DNA from: a virus
Lineage: Duplodnaviria > Heunggongvirae > Uroviricota > Caudoviricetes
DNA: 64,000 nt
IMG/VR virus record: IMGVR_UViG_3300016476_000987
Reading direction: 5' to 3' (one strand)
The notes beneath the pieces are model-generated. The model was given only the letters and a program-made list of their open reading frames with translations. It was not told where the DNA came from and did no database searches. A program made the translations under genes and the position numbers. Of this stretch, positions 8,429 to 18,251 are shown one piece after another; position 1 is the stretch's first letter; each line of letters starts with the position of its first letter.

Positions 8429-9012
8429 TGAATTTTATTAGCATTCTAAAAGATCTGTCTGAAGATTGCGACTGCAATCTGTCTGAAGGCATGAAATACC
8501 ATAAGGATAATAATATCCCGTTAACTGAGAACATATATCGTCCTTCTTCTAAGAAATACTTTGAACTATTTGAAGAAGCAAGGCAGTTGCATAAACAAGG
8601 AAAATTACAACTGACCGAAGATGAAACTAAAATACTTGAAAATACAGATCTGGGAAAATTTGGTATTTACAACGGTATTCGTGTGCCCTTAGATTTCCCT
8701 ATGAGCGAAGAACAGCTTTTAGAAGTTAAGCACCAAGGTAAAGATGTACAACTGAATAAGCCTAAACGAGGCGGTAGTAAAAAATTCTACGTGTACGTGC
8801 GTAAGCCTGGGGGAGGAGTAAAGAAAGTGTCTTTTGGAGATACTACCGGCCTAAAAGCAAAAATAAATAACCCTAAAGCCAGGAAGTCGTTTGCAGCTAG
8901 GCATAAATGCGCTCAGAATAAAGACAGAACTAGTGCCGGATACTGGGCCTGTAGACTTCCTAGATATGCAAGTATGCTTGGATTAAAATCTAATTTTGGA
9001 GGGTATTGGTAA
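8428..9012 (+). CDS. Conserved phage protein, probable head protein (C-terminus DUF6321-like)
   Basis: KKFYVYVRKP...VKKVSFG...ARKSFAARHKC...AGYWACR; leader MNFISILKDLSE. Confidence 0.5.
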   Translation: MNFISILKDLSEDCDCNLSEGMKYHKDNNIPLTENIYRPSSKKYFELFEEARQLHKQGKLQLTEDETKILENTDLGKFGIYNGIRVPLDFPMSEEQLLEVKHQGKDVQLNKPKRGGSKKFYVYVRKPGGGVKKVSFGDTTGLKAKINNPKARKSFAARHKCAQNKDRTSAGYWACRLPRYASMLGLKSNFGGYW

Positions 9013-9269
9013 TGAATCCATATACAGAAAAGTATGTAAACGGATGGTTTTATAGGACTTTTACAGAAGATACGGCCAAAGCAGAAATGGTTTGGCATAG
9101 AGATAGAGAAGACAGGATAATAGAGCCTGTAGAGGCTACTGATTGGTTGTTTCAAATAGAAAATGAATTGCCGGTTCCGATAGAAGGACAATTATTTGTA
9201 TCTATGGGAGCTTGGCATAGGGCGATTAAAGGAACAGGGGAGTTAAAAATAAGAATAAAAAAATTATGA
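9012..9269 (+). CDS. Small cupin-like protein
   Basis: WHRDREDR...WLFQIENELP...WHRAIKG fits the two His-containing cupin motifs. Start ATG 9012 overlaps the upstream TAA. Confidence 0.5.
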   Translation: MNPYTEKYVNGWFYRTFTEDTAKAEMVWHRDREDRIIEPVEATDWLFQIENELPVPIEGQLFVSMGAWHRAIKGTGELKIRIKKL

Positions 9270-10009
9270 GAAACGACAGAGTATTGCTATCTCACTTACT
9301 TATAGAATCTATAGTAGAAGAGTATCATGTTGATGAAGGAATTAGAGATATGGCAAAAAAAGGAGCAGCTGTACTTGGTATAGGAGCAGCCGCAGCTTTA
9401 GGCATCAAAAAAGCCAGCGATAATTACTTTAATAAATCAGCAGATGCTGATAAGGTTTATAGTATTAAAGATGAAAAAGTAATGCCTCATAATATAATAG
9501 CGTTGAGAACTTCTTTTAAAGAGTCTAGGTATGATCCAAATGCAGTATCTCCTAGAGGCGCTAAAGGACTAACTCAGCTAATGCCTTCTGCTATTGAAGA
9601 CTATGCAAAATCAATAGGAAAAGATGTAGAAGATATAAATCCAATGGATATAAAAACTTCTATAGATATACAGATAAAAACAATGAAAGATCTATATAAT
9701 TCTAGTTTTATAAAAAAAGAAAATCAAAGCGAGGTAGTAAGACTTGCTAAGACTTTAGCAGCATATAATTGGGGAAGAGGCAATCTGTCTAGATTTTTAA
9801 GTAAATTAAAAGAAGAAGGAAAAGTTGATATATACAACTCATTAGATTGGGTAAAACAATTACCTCTTGAGACATCTGATTATATAAATAAAATACTATT
9901 AAAAAAAGATCCTAAATTTGAAAAAGAGTTCGAAAAAGCAATAAAATCCGACAAAAATAAAAAAATAGTAAGTATTTACAATAATTTAAAAAATCCATTT
10001 GGTAATTAA
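9266..10009 (+). CDS. Lytic transglycosylase (SLT family)
   Basis: KESRYDPNAVSPRGAKGLTQLMP (catalytic ES, GLxQ) and LAAYNWG (AYNxG). Confidence 0.9.
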   Translation: MRNDRVLLSHLLIESIVEEYHVDEGIRDMAKKGAAVLGIGAAAALGIKKASDNYFNKSADADKVYSIKDEKVMPHNIIALRTSFKESRYDPNAVSPRGAKGLTQLMPSAIEDYAKSIGKDVEDINPMDIKTSIDIQIKTMKDLYNSSFIKKENQSEVVRLAKTLAAYNWGRGNLSRFLSKLKEEGKVDIYNSLDWVKQLPLETSDYINKILLKKDPKFEKEFEKAIKSDKNKKIVSIYNNLKNPFGN

Positions 10010-10019
10010 ATATAAAGTT

Positions 10020-10595
10020 ATGGGAGAAACATTATTAAAAAAAGAATTTAGCGAAAGAGATGTTCAGAGACTAAGAAACATTGTTACCAAAAAACACGGA
10101 GAGGCTACCGGTATTCAAATAGGATATCTTAAACAAGAAGAAGAGCGCCTAGAAGGTGATGTATGGGAAGAGAATGATAAGACCTGGACCATAAAGAACG
10201 GAATAAAGCAAACAGTTACTAAGCTAGATTCTATAAAAAAAGCAATTAGAATGCCTTTTTTGTGTCCTAGTTGTTCTAGTCCAATGAAAAGCGGTCTAGA
10301 TAAAAGAATGTACCCTCTTCATGGAATGTGTTCTGGTTGTGTTGTAAAGATGGAATCTGAGTTAAAGTTAGAAGGTAAGTATGATGATTATGCTAAAAAT
10401 ATGGTTACTAAAAACATAATCACTCATATAGAAGAGGCCGAACAATATATTGAAGAGTTTATGGAAAGTAGTAATGATACCTATGTTACCGAACAAGGAG
10501 ATATAGAAGATTGGGACGGAGGATTAGATAAAGATAAAGTAGTAAATAAATGGAGAGAAGAGCTACAAGAGATGAAAAAAGCTTTGGAAAGTTAG
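10020..10595 (+). CDS. Hypothetical Zn-finger protein
   Basis: CPSC...CSGC pair. ATG 10020 preferred over the track's TTG/GTG-type start at 9999. Confidence 0.55.
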   Translation: MGETLLKKEFSERDVQRLRNIVTKKHGEATGIQIGYLKQEEERLEGDVWEENDKTWTIKNGIKQTVTKLDSIKKAIRMPFLCPSCSSPMKSGLDKRMYPLHGMCSGCVVKMESELKLEGKYDDYAKNMVTKNIITHIEEAEQYIEEFMESSNDTYVTEQGDIEDWDGGLDKDKVVNKWREELQEMKKALES

Positions 10596-10604
10596 ATATT
10601 TATA
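10596..10604 (+). promoter_or_regulatory. Putative late promoter ATATTTATA
   Basis: Intergenic, 12 nt before ATG 10617. Confidence 0.6.
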
Positions 10605-10616
10605 AAAAACATATTA

Positions 10617-11183
10617 ATGAAATTCTTACAATTAATAAAAGAAGGAAAAGAAGAAAAGCCTTCTAAAGGATTATCAAAAAAACAAAAGTCTGCTGTAGTT
10701 AAAAAAGCTAAGGCAGGTAAAGATATTGGTAAAAAAGGCAAAGGATTTGAGAAAGTAGCAGCAAAAGCCGCTAAGCAATATGGCTCTAAAGAAGCCGGAG
10801 AGCGTGTAGCAGCAGCTGCTATGTGGAAAAACCTACAGAGAGAAGGTGCTGGCATGGATCATGAAGTATCTATGGCAGTTAATAGCTTAAAATCTATTAT
10901 GCAGTCTGTATCTATCCTAATGGAAAAATTAGGAGGCCAAGAAAGAAACATTCCAGGCTGGATTCAAGACCATATTACCAACGCTGAAAATTATATAGAT
11001 CAGGCTGCTCAGGGATTTCATGAAATAGAGAGTCAAGATTTAGATGAAAAGAAACTTACCGGAGCGGAAAAAAGAAAAAAAGAAGATATAATAAAATCCA
11101 TAGCCAAAAAAGAAGGAGGCAAAAGTAAATTGCAGCCAAAAGACTATGCTATAGCTACTTCTCAAGCAATTAAATCTGCATAA
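10617..11183 (+). CDS. Basic probable internal head protein
   Basis: Leader MKFLQLIKE-G; Lys-rich segments separated by L-x-(x)-E sites; DHEVSMA...PGWIQDHIT module. Confidence 0.5.
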   Translation: MKFLQLIKEGKEEKPSKGLSKKQKSAVVKKAKAGKDIGKKGKGFEKVAAKAAKQYGSKEAGERVAAAAMWKNLQREGAGMDHEVSMAVNSLKSIMQSVSILMEKLGGQERNIPGWIQDHITNAENYIDQAAQGFHEIESQDLDEKKLTGAEKRKKEDIIKSIAKKEGGKSKLQPKDYAIATSQAIKSA

Positions 11184-11184
11184 T

Positions 11185-11826
11185 ATGAAACTTATTTCTT
11201 TATTATCTCTCATACTAAAAGAGGCGAAATCTGAGCGTACTAAAACCGGGTATAAAGTACCAGGCAAGTACTTAACAAAAGATAAAGGGGATATGAAAGA
11301 CGAAATAGAGAGGGTGAGAAACTTAAGTTCTGATGATCCTTCTGCATACGGCAAATGGAAAGCAGATTATGCGGATAAATCTAAGACTAAAAAATATAAG
11401 ACTAAAAAATCTGCTGCTACTAAAGCTTACGAAAAGATGTTTGGTAAAAAAGAAGAATCTTTTATAAGCTATTTAGAAGCTGGGGGACAAAAAATACCGG
11501 GAAATATTACTCTATACAATCCTCAATTATCTTACTTAAAAGAAAAAGGTGTGAAAGAGTCAACGGATGGAAGAGAATTATTTTTTCCTATAAGCTTGGT
11601 CCAGGAACTAAGAAATGATGCCAGGGTTTCAGAATTTAAAAAAGGATTTATAGATACTTATCCGGATAGAGATGATTACATAGCTTCTCATGTATTATCT
11701 AGAATTAAAGATAAGTTAGAAAAAGAAGTAAGAGAAGTAAAAGTAAATGGAGTTGTTAAATATAGAGCCTTACAAGGAGAATTAACTCGTAATGGTACAT
11801 TTAGATTTGATGTACGTAAAAAATAA
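11185..11826 (+). CDS. Basic probable internal head protein
   Basis: Leader MKLISLLSLILKE-A; Lys-rich. Confidence 0.45.
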   Translation: MKLISLLSLILKEAKSERTKTGYKVPGKYLTKDKGDMKDEIERVRNLSSDDPSAYGKWKADYADKSKTKKYKTKKSAATKAYEKMFGKKEESFISYLEAGGQKIPGNITLYNPQLSYLKEKGVKESTDGRELFFPISLVQELRNDARVSEFKKGFIDTYPDRDDYIASHVLSRIKDKLEKEVREVKVNGVVKYRALQGELTRNGTFRFDVRKK

Positions 11827-11829
11827 AAA

Positions 11830-12114
11830 ATGAAACTACAAGATATACTAAAGGATATAATAAAAGAAGGATTTTCAGCCTCAGTAGAGAAGGCTTTAGC
11901 TAGTAAAGCAAAAGCTAGTGGAGTGTCTAAATCTATCATAAAAGCAGTATATCGAAAAGGTCTCGCAGCATGGAAAGGAGGGCACAGACCAGGAGTTCCG
12001 CAACACCAATGGGCTATGGGTAGAGTAAATTCCTTTTTAACAGGAAAAGGAGGAGCTAGAAAAGCAGATGCAAAACTATGGAAAAACGCTAAAAAATCAA
12101 AAAAGAAAAAATAA
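11830..12114 (+). CDS. Small basic protein (DUF5824-like)
   Basis: VYRKGLAAWKGGHRPG...WAMGRVNSF; leader MKLQDILKDIIKE-G. Confidence 0.55.
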   Translation: MKLQDILKDIIKEGFSASVEKALASKAKASGVSKSIIKAVYRKGLAAWKGGHRPGVPQHQWAMGRVNSFLTGKGGARKADAKLWKNAKKSKKKK

Positions 12115-12117
12115 CGG

Positions 12118-12729
12118 ATGGAAACAGAAATCATAGTCGCTCTAATAACGGCTGTATTAACTTCGATTGTAGGACCCATAGCAGTGCATTATGCAAAACA
12201 AATTAATGATAGTAGAAAAAAGAAAGAAGACCCTCTAACAGAATCTTTAAAAGTTAATCAAATAATTAACGAAAAATTAGATGTAGTTAGAAAAGAATAT
12301 AATGCAGATAGAACTTGGATGCTTCAATTTCATAATGGAGGACATTTTTATCCTACCGGTAAATCCATACAAAAATTTAGTATGGTATACGAAATGCTGA
12401 ACCCATCTGTAGTTCCCTGTCAAAGCCAATTTCAAAGCATACCAGTTAGCTTATTTAGTAATGCAATAAATAAGTTATTAGAAGGCAGCATCATTGAAGT
12501 GCCAGATGCTTCAGACGAAGATGCCAGGTTTGAAGGCATAACCTCTGTCATAACCGGTGCTGGTGTAGAAAGCACATACATATTCCCCATATTTAATATA
12601 AAGGGAGAGTTTGTAGGTATAGTAGGAATTGACTACGTAGAGAATAAAACGGCTTTATCTACAGAGCAAGTAAAAAGTATTAGTTTAGAGACTAGCACCA
12701 TAGGAGGTGTCTTAAACAATTATTTATAA
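12118..12729 (+). CDS. Single-TM protein with GAF-like domain; candidate T4 T-like holin
   Basis: N-terminal hydrophobic IIVALITAVLTSIVGPIAV, then ADRTWMLQFHNGG...FSMVYE...YIFPIFNIKGEFVGIVGIDY (GAF-like). Confidence 0.5.
   Translation: METEIIVALITAVLTSIVGPIAVHYAKQINDSRKKKEDPLTESLKVNQIINEKLDVVRKEYNADRTWMLQFHNGGHFYPTGKSIQKFSMVYEMLNPSVVPCQSQFQSIPVSLFSNAINKLLEGSIIEVPDASDEDARFEGITSVITGAGVESTYIFPIFNIKGEFVGIVGIDYVENKTALSTEQVKSISLETSTIGGVLNNYL
12721..12728 (+). promoter_or_regulatory. Putative late promoter variant TATTTATA
   Basis: Overlaps the upstream stop; 3 nt before ATG 12732. Confidence 0.4.
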
Positions 12730-12731
12730 TT

Positions 12732-13016
12732 ATGATAAAATTAATAGATCTTCTTAAAGAAGAATATGGAGGAGGAGACTATGTTCTTCCTAAAAGCCAC
12801 AAAGCAGGACTAAGAGTTCCTAAAGGCGGATCTTGCTGTGCTAATTGCGAATATTGGAAAGAAGGGAAAGACGGTAAGACCGGAAAATGTACTAATGAAT
12901 ATTACATTAAATGGGCCGGTACTGCCTCTATACCTTATGCACCAGATGAATATTGTACTGATTGGTGGGAGCCCAAAAAAGAGCAATCACCTGAAACCGA
13001 GGAGGAAAAACAATAA
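12732..13016 (+). CDS. Small Cys-rich protein with MIKLIDLLKEE leader
   Basis: GSCCANCEYW...GKC...YCTDWW, five or more Cys. Confidence 0.55.
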   Translation: MIKLIDLLKEEYGGGDYVLPKSHKAGLRVPKGGSCCANCEYWKEGKDGKTGKCTNEYYIKWAGTASIPYAPDEYCTDWWEPKKEQSPETEEEKQ

Positions 13017-13018
13017 TA

Positions 13019-13582
13019 ATGAAACCTAATTATTACCATATTTTTAAGACTAAACTCTATGAACAAGAGGTTAGGACTGAGATAGAATCTGAATCTATAT
13101 TAGAAAAAATTCTTAGAAAGTCTAAGAAAGTAACTGATGTGTTGACTAGACTTCTTACATCTCAAAAAAAATTTAATGAAAAAGCAAAAGACGAGATTAG
13201 AGAGATAGTTACTGATATTAGATTTATGTCTTATAAGCCTACTACTTTTAGAATTGTAGTAAAAAATGGTAATTATTTTGATTTAAAATATGATCCCACT
13301 CCTCTGAATATTAAATACCCAGAGGATTTTGATGTAAAAGATTCTTTTGTTTTAACGATTCTCGGTAAAAAATATAATCTAGCTAACCAATCAGAATTAG
13401 AACAAGCGCTGGATTATATCAATATTTTATTAAGTAGTAAGCCTGTGATTAAAACAGGAGAGGAATCTCCCGAAGGAGAGACTCCTGAGACTCCTGCTGA
13501 GCCTACCCCAGGAGCAGAAGGAGGAGAAGAGACTCCGCCTCCGCCAGAAGGAGAAGAAGAAACCCCAGAAGAACCTAAATAA
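13019..13582 (+). CDS. Hypothetical protein with acidic Pro/Glu-rich tail
   Basis: 187 aa; C-terminal GEESPEGETPETPAEPTP... Confidence 0.55.
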   Translation: MKPNYYHIFKTKLYEQEVRTEIESESILEKILRKSKKVTDVLTRLLTSQKKFNEKAKDEIREIVTDIRFMSYKPTTFRIVVKNGNYFDLKYDPTPLNIKYPEDFDVKDSFVLTILGKKYNLANQSELEQALDYINILLSSKPVIKTGEESPEGETPETPAEPTPGAEGGEETPPPPEGEEETPEEPK

Positions 13583-13584
13583 TC

Positions 13585-14019
13585 ATGGATTTAAGTAAGT
13601 ATCAAAACATATCAAAACAGGTACCGGTATCAGGCAATAATATATTGCCCTATCTTATGGATTTAGCTCAATATATGGAATCTATAGGAATTAAGGTAAA
13701 TCCTTTACCTAAAGTAGTGGTATCCTCAGATAATACATACCAAACTGATCCTTTTGGTAAAACAGCTTATTATATGCCCCATCAAAAAGTAATTGTTTTA
13801 TACACTGCGGGTAGGCATATAAAAGACGTTCTTAGAAGTTTTGCTCATGAAATGATTCATCATAGTCAAAATTTAACAGGAATGATGAGTTCTACTAATG
13901 AAAATGCATTAGAAGATCCTAGATATGCCCAAAATGATCCTAAACTAAGAAAATTAGAAGAGGATGCTTATTTAAGAGGCAACATGTCTTTCCGTTCATG
14001 GGAAGACCAATATAAATAA
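13585..14019 (+). CDS. Zincin-like metallopeptidase domain protein
   Basis: LRSFAHEMIHH (HExxH) with downstream LEEDAYLRG (third-ligand Glu candidate). Confidence 0.65.
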   Translation: MDLSKYQNISKQVPVSGNNILPYLMDLAQYMESIGIKVNPLPKVVVSSDNTYQTDPFGKTAYYMPHQKVIVLYTAGRHIKDVLRSFAHEMIHHSQNLTGMMSSTNENALEDPRYAQNDPKLRKLEEDAYLRGNMSFRSWEDQYK

Positions 14020-14024
14020 CAAGT

Positions 14025-15602
14025 ATGTCAGAACAAAAAAACATAAAAGAAGTAATTAGGCAAGAATATGTAAAGTGTGCAAAAGATCCAGTATACTTCT
14101 TGAAGCGTTATGTATTTATTCAAACAAGCAAAGGAAGAGTTTTATTTAGCCCATATCAGTTTCAAGACAAGTTATTACACTTACTAAATAAACACGATAG
14201 GGTTATTATATTAAAGTCTAGACAGCTGGGCATAACTACGTTATCGGCTGCTTATGCTTTATGGTTAATGATATTTCATAAAGACCAATCTATTCTTGCT
14301 CTAGCCCCAACTCAAGAAAAAGCCAGGAACATTGTGGATAAAGTTCGCTTTGCATACGCAGAGTTGCCGTCTTGGCTAAAAATAGAGGCTGTAGAGAACC
14401 ATAAATTAAGTTTGTGGCTGGCTAATGGTTCAAAGATTAAAGCGGCTTCAGGGGCCTCAGAAAGCGCCAGGGGCTATACTGCTAATATATTAATCCTTGA
14501 TGAGGCTGCATTTATAGAAAACGCAGAGGAGCTTTGGGGATCTGCACAACAGACTTTGGCTACCGGCGGTAAAGCTATCCTATTGTCTACTCCTAATGGT
14601 TTAGAAGCCTTCTTCCATAAAATGTGGTCAGACGCAGAAATGGGAGAAAATAACTTTGTCCCTATAAAACTTAGATGGGATGTGCATCCTGATAGAACTC
14701 AAAAATGGAGGGATGACCAGGACAAAGAGCTAGGTAAAAAGATGGCTGCGCAGGAATGCGATTGCTCTTTTCTTAGTTCGGGGGATACTTACTTTGAGTC
14801 AGATGACATAGAGTACTATTCTGAGCATTTAGAAGAGCCTATAGAGATGAGAGGGCATCAAAGAGATTACTGGATATGGGAATACCCGGAAGTAGGTAGA
14901 AATTACATGGTAATAGTGGATACGGCTAGAGGAGATGGATCAGATTACTCTACTATGCAAGTCTTAGACGTGTATTCTGGAGCTCAAGTAGCTGAATATA
15001 GAGGATCTGTGGATAGTAAACAACTCTCAAAATTAGCAATATCTATCTGTTTAGAGTATAATAGTGCTTTATTAATAGTAGAAAATACTGGATTAGGCCA
15101 CTCTACTATGAGTGATATTCTAGACATAGGATATAATAACATATACTATTCTCCAAAAGGAGATACTTTGAATGTATCTCAATACATGACTCAATTCTAT
15201 GAGTACGATACTTCAAAAATGACTCCTGGATTTACTACCTCAACTAAAACAAGGCCGGAGATACTTCTGGCTATGAGAGGGTATGTAAAAGACCATCTAA
15301 TAAAGATACGTTCCATAAGAACTCACAACGAAATGAGAACTTTTATATGGAAAAATGGTAAACCTCAAGCACAAACTGGGTATAATGATGATCTAATTAT
15401 GCCTTATGCCATAGGGTTGTATCTAAGAGATAGCGCCATACAGTATAGATCTCAGGGAGTAGATATGCAAAAAGCAGTTTTAAATGGGATTAGTAGACAG
15501 TCTGGCTATTCTACTTCTCCTAGTCTGCCTAGTAACTTTGTTAATCCCTATCAATTTAACATTAATGGACAAAATGAAGATATTAGTTGGTTAGTGAGGT
15601 AA
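14025..15602 (+). CDS. terL: Terminase large subunit (T4 gp17-like)
   Basis: KSRQLGITT (Walker A), ILILDEAAF (Walker B), STPNG, nuclease VDTARGDGSDYS and NDDLIM. Confidence 0.96.
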   Translation: MSEQKNIKEVIRQEYVKCAKDPVYFLKRYVFIQTSKGRVLFSPYQFQDKLLHLLNKHDRVIILKSRQLGITTLSAAYALWLMIFHKDQSILALAPTQEKARNIVDKVRFAYAELPSWLKIEAVENHKLSLWLANGSKIKAASGASESARGYTANILILDEAAFIENAEELWGSAQQTLATGGKAILLSTPNGLEAFFHKMWSDAEMGENNFVPIKLRWDVHPDRTQKWRDDQDKELGKKMAAQECDCSFLSSGDTYFESDDIEYYSEHLEEPIEMRGHQRDYWIWEYPEVGRNYMVIVDTARGDGSDYSTMQVLDVYSGAQVAEYRGSVDSKQLSKLAISICLEYNSALLIVENTGLGHSTMSDILDIGYNNIYYSPKGDTLNVSQYMTQFYEYDTSKMTPGFTTSTKTRPEILLAMRGYVKDHLIKIRSIRTHNEMRTFIWKNGKPQAQTGYNDDLIMPYAIGLYLRDSAIQYRSQGVDMQKAVLNGISRQSGYSTSPSLPSNFVNPYQFNINGQNEDISWLVR

Positions 15603-15607
15603 TTTAT

Positions 15608-15616
15608 ATATTTATA
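15608..15616 (+). promoter_or_regulatory. Putative late promoter ATATTTATA
   Basis: 9 nt before ATG 15626 of the homing endonuclease. Confidence 0.55.
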
Positions 15617-15625
15617 TATATAATA

Positions 15626-16357
15626 ATGGCTTATTTATATAGACATATTAGACTTGACACGAAAACTCCCTTTTATATAGGGATAGGCTCTGATGAAAAC
15701 TATACTAGAGCTTACGACAAAAGGAGTAGAAATAGACACTGGAGTAGTATAGTTAAAAAAGCAAATTATGAAGTTGAGATAGTACTTGATAATTTAAGTT
15801 GGGAAGAGGCTTGTGATAAAGAAATAGAGTTTATAAAACTATATGGTAGAAAGGATTTAAATGAAGGATGCTTATGTAATATGACTAATGGAGGTGATGG
15901 GATGTTGGGAGTTAGGCCATCCGATGAAAAAATAAAAAGATTTGTTGATTCAATAAGGAGAGAAGTTATTCAATACGATATGCAAGGTAATATTATAAGA
16001 GAATATGAATCAGCTTCTCAAGCAAAAAAAATAACAGGAATTAGTGAATCTCAAATAACATCTAATTGTAAAGGACATAAAGGTAAAAAGAGTGCTGGCG
16101 GATTTATTTGGAGATATAAAGACCCTAAAGAATGGTTCAGCCCTATATATAGTAATCATAAAAATGCTCATTGCCATAACCAGAAACATCAAAAAAAGGT
16201 ATTGCAATATGATATAGATGGGAATTTAATAGCCGAATATAGATCTATACGATATGCGGAGGAACAAACTAAAGTAGCCAGGGCTACTATAATAGCATGT
16301 TGTAAAGGAAAATATAAACATGCTGGCGGGTTTATTTGGAAATTTAAAATACAATAA
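15626..16357 (+). mobile_element. Free-standing homing endonuclease: GIY-YIG-like catalytic domain plus two NUMOD1-like HTH domains
   Basis: YLYRHIR...PFYIGIG...RAY...R, E...IEFIKLYG, CNMTNGGDG; two V-x-QYD-x-x-GN-x-I-x-EY-x-S...GGFIW repeats; inserted between terL and portal. Start reassigned to ATG 15626. Confidence 0.85.
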
Positions 16358-16367
16358 TTAATTAGTA

Positions 16368-18224
16368 ATGAGTAAAGTAGATAGATCGCTTTTTCCTAGA
16401 CTTAAAAGACTATTTTCGACTGATGTTATTCTGAGGAACGTGGGAGGAAAACAACTAAGAGTCATGGATGTAGAGAGGATCCAGTCTTTTGGAAGTTTAC
16501 AGACCAATAGTTTAGTAGACAGATTTACGAGGCTACACAAAGCCGGACAGAGGATGCAATTTAATCCTACTCTAAACTATCAAACTTTAAGATTACAATT
16601 ATATGCTGACTATGAGGCTATGGATACCGATGGTATTATAGCTTCTGTATTAGATATACTATCTGAAGAGACTACTTTAAAAGGAGAGACTAATGAAGTT
16701 TTGACAATTAGAAGTACTAATGAAAATATACAAAAAATTCTTTATAACTTATTTTATGATGTATTAAACGTAGAATTTAATCTACCGATGTGGATTAGAT
16801 CTATGTGTAAATACGGTGACTTTTTTCTAAAATTAGACATAGCTGAGAAGTTCGGTGTGTATATGGCTCGACCTCTTTCTGTGTATGATATGATTAGAGA
16901 GGAAGGACAAGACCCTAATAATCCCTCTTATATAAGATTCATATACGATCCTGTTGCAGTAGCAGGAGGAACCACCGCTACAAAAAGCAAAGAATACTTT
17001 GAAAATTTTGAAATAGCACATTTTAGATTACTTACAGACACTAATTATTTACCTTTTGGTAGAAGTTATATTGAACCGGCTCGTAAATATTTTAAGCAAT
17101 ACACTCTTATGATGGATGCTATGCTCCTTCATAGAATTATGAGAGCCCCGGAAAAGAGAATTTTCTATATAAATGTAGGTAATATTCCTCCGAATGAAGT
17201 AGATGCTTTCGTTCAAAAGACTGTAACTACTATGAAAAAAACCCCGTTTATGGACCAACAAACGGGGGATTACAACCTAAAATTCAATCTCCAAAACATG
17301 CTAGAGGATTTTTATATCCCTGTTCGTCCTGGAGATAACACTACTAAGATTGATACTGCTAAAGGACTAGAATATGCCGGTATTGAAGACGTTGAATTTT
17401 TGAGAGACCTTATGTTAGGTTCTTTAAAAGTGCCTAAATCCTTTTTAAACTATTCTGATGAGCTAAACGGTAAGTCTACTATAAGTGCTTTAGACGTTAG
17501 ATTTAGTAGAACAGTAGAAAGAATTCAAAGAATAGTCCTCAGTGAGCTTGAAAAGATTGCTTTGATACATTTATATGTTCAAGGATACGAAGATGCTGAT
17601 CTTGTAAATTTTAAACTTGGTCTAAACAATCCTTCAATTATTTATGAGCAAGAAAAAATTGCTCTATTAAAGGAAAAAGTAGACTTAGCAGCTAGCATCT
17701 CAGAGAAGAAGCTATTTTCTTCTGATTGGATAGCAGATAAGCTATTCCAAATGAGCGAAGATCAGCTCAATGAACAAAGAGAGTTGGTTGTAGAGGACGT
17801 AAAAAGAACTTTTAGATACAACCAGATTGAAAATGAAGGAAACGATCCTGCTCTTTCTGGAGAATCGTTTGGTACTCCTCATGACTTAGCTTCTATATAC
17901 AATAGAAACGCTAAGAAAGAACAAGAAACTCCAGACGGATATGATGAAAAAGAGAAAAATCCTATAGGAAGACCTAAAGAGAAGGCATCCATATATAAAA
18001 CAGACGACTCTTCTTTTGGTGCAGATCCGCTAGGAGCTAGAGGAATGAAGGATATAAATGCAAGTAAAGATAGTCTAACTTACAAAAATAAACCTAGAGC
18101 TTTCGCTTTAGAATCTATGAAAGGTTTAGAAGAAATGAAAAAGAAAAAAATAGTGCTTTTTGAACAAAAAACTCATGAGTCCGGGTTGTTAGACGAAAAA
18201 AACATTATTAACGAAGATATTTAA
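16368..18224 (+). CDS. gp20: Portal protein (T4 gp20-like)
   Basis: RSMCKYGDFF, HRIMRAPEKRIFYINVGNIPP, LEDFYIPVR, LKVPKSFL; follows terL. Confidence 0.95.
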   Translation: MSKVDRSLFPRLKRLFSTDVILRNVGGKQLRVMDVERIQSFGSLQTNSLVDRFTRLHKAGQRMQFNPTLNYQTLRLQLYADYEAMDTDGIIASVLDILSEETTLKGETNEVLTIRSTNENIQKILYNLFYDVLNVEFNLPMWIRSMCKYGDFFLKLDIAEKFGVYMARPLSVYDMIREEGQDPNNPSYIRFIYDPVAVAGGTTATKSKEYFENFEIAHFRLLTDTNYLPFGRSYIEPARKYFKQYTLMMDAMLLHRIMRAPEKRIFYINVGNIPPNEVDAFVQKTVTTMKKTPFMDQQTGDYNLKFNLQNMLEDFYIPVRPGDNTTKIDTAKGLEYAGIEDVEFLRDLMLGSLKVPKSFLNYSDELNGKSTISALDVRFSRTVERIQRIVLSELEKIALIHLYVQGYEDADLVNFKLGLNNPSIIYEQEKIALLKEKVDLAASISEKKLFSSDWIADKLFQMSEDQLNEQRELVVEDVKRTFRYNQIENEGNDPALSGESFGTPHDLASIYNRNAKKEQETPDGYDEKEKNPIGRPKEKASIYKTDDSSFGADPLGARGMKDINASKDSLTYKNKPRAFALESMKGLEEMKKKKIVLFEQKTHESGLLDEKNIINEDI

Positions 18225-18226
18225 CA

Positions 18227-18235
18227 ATATTTATA
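18227..18235 (+). promoter_or_regulatory. Putative late promoter ATATTTATA
   Basis: 16 nt before ATG 18252. Confidence 0.6.
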
Positions 18236-18251
18236 ATCGATCTAGATCAAA

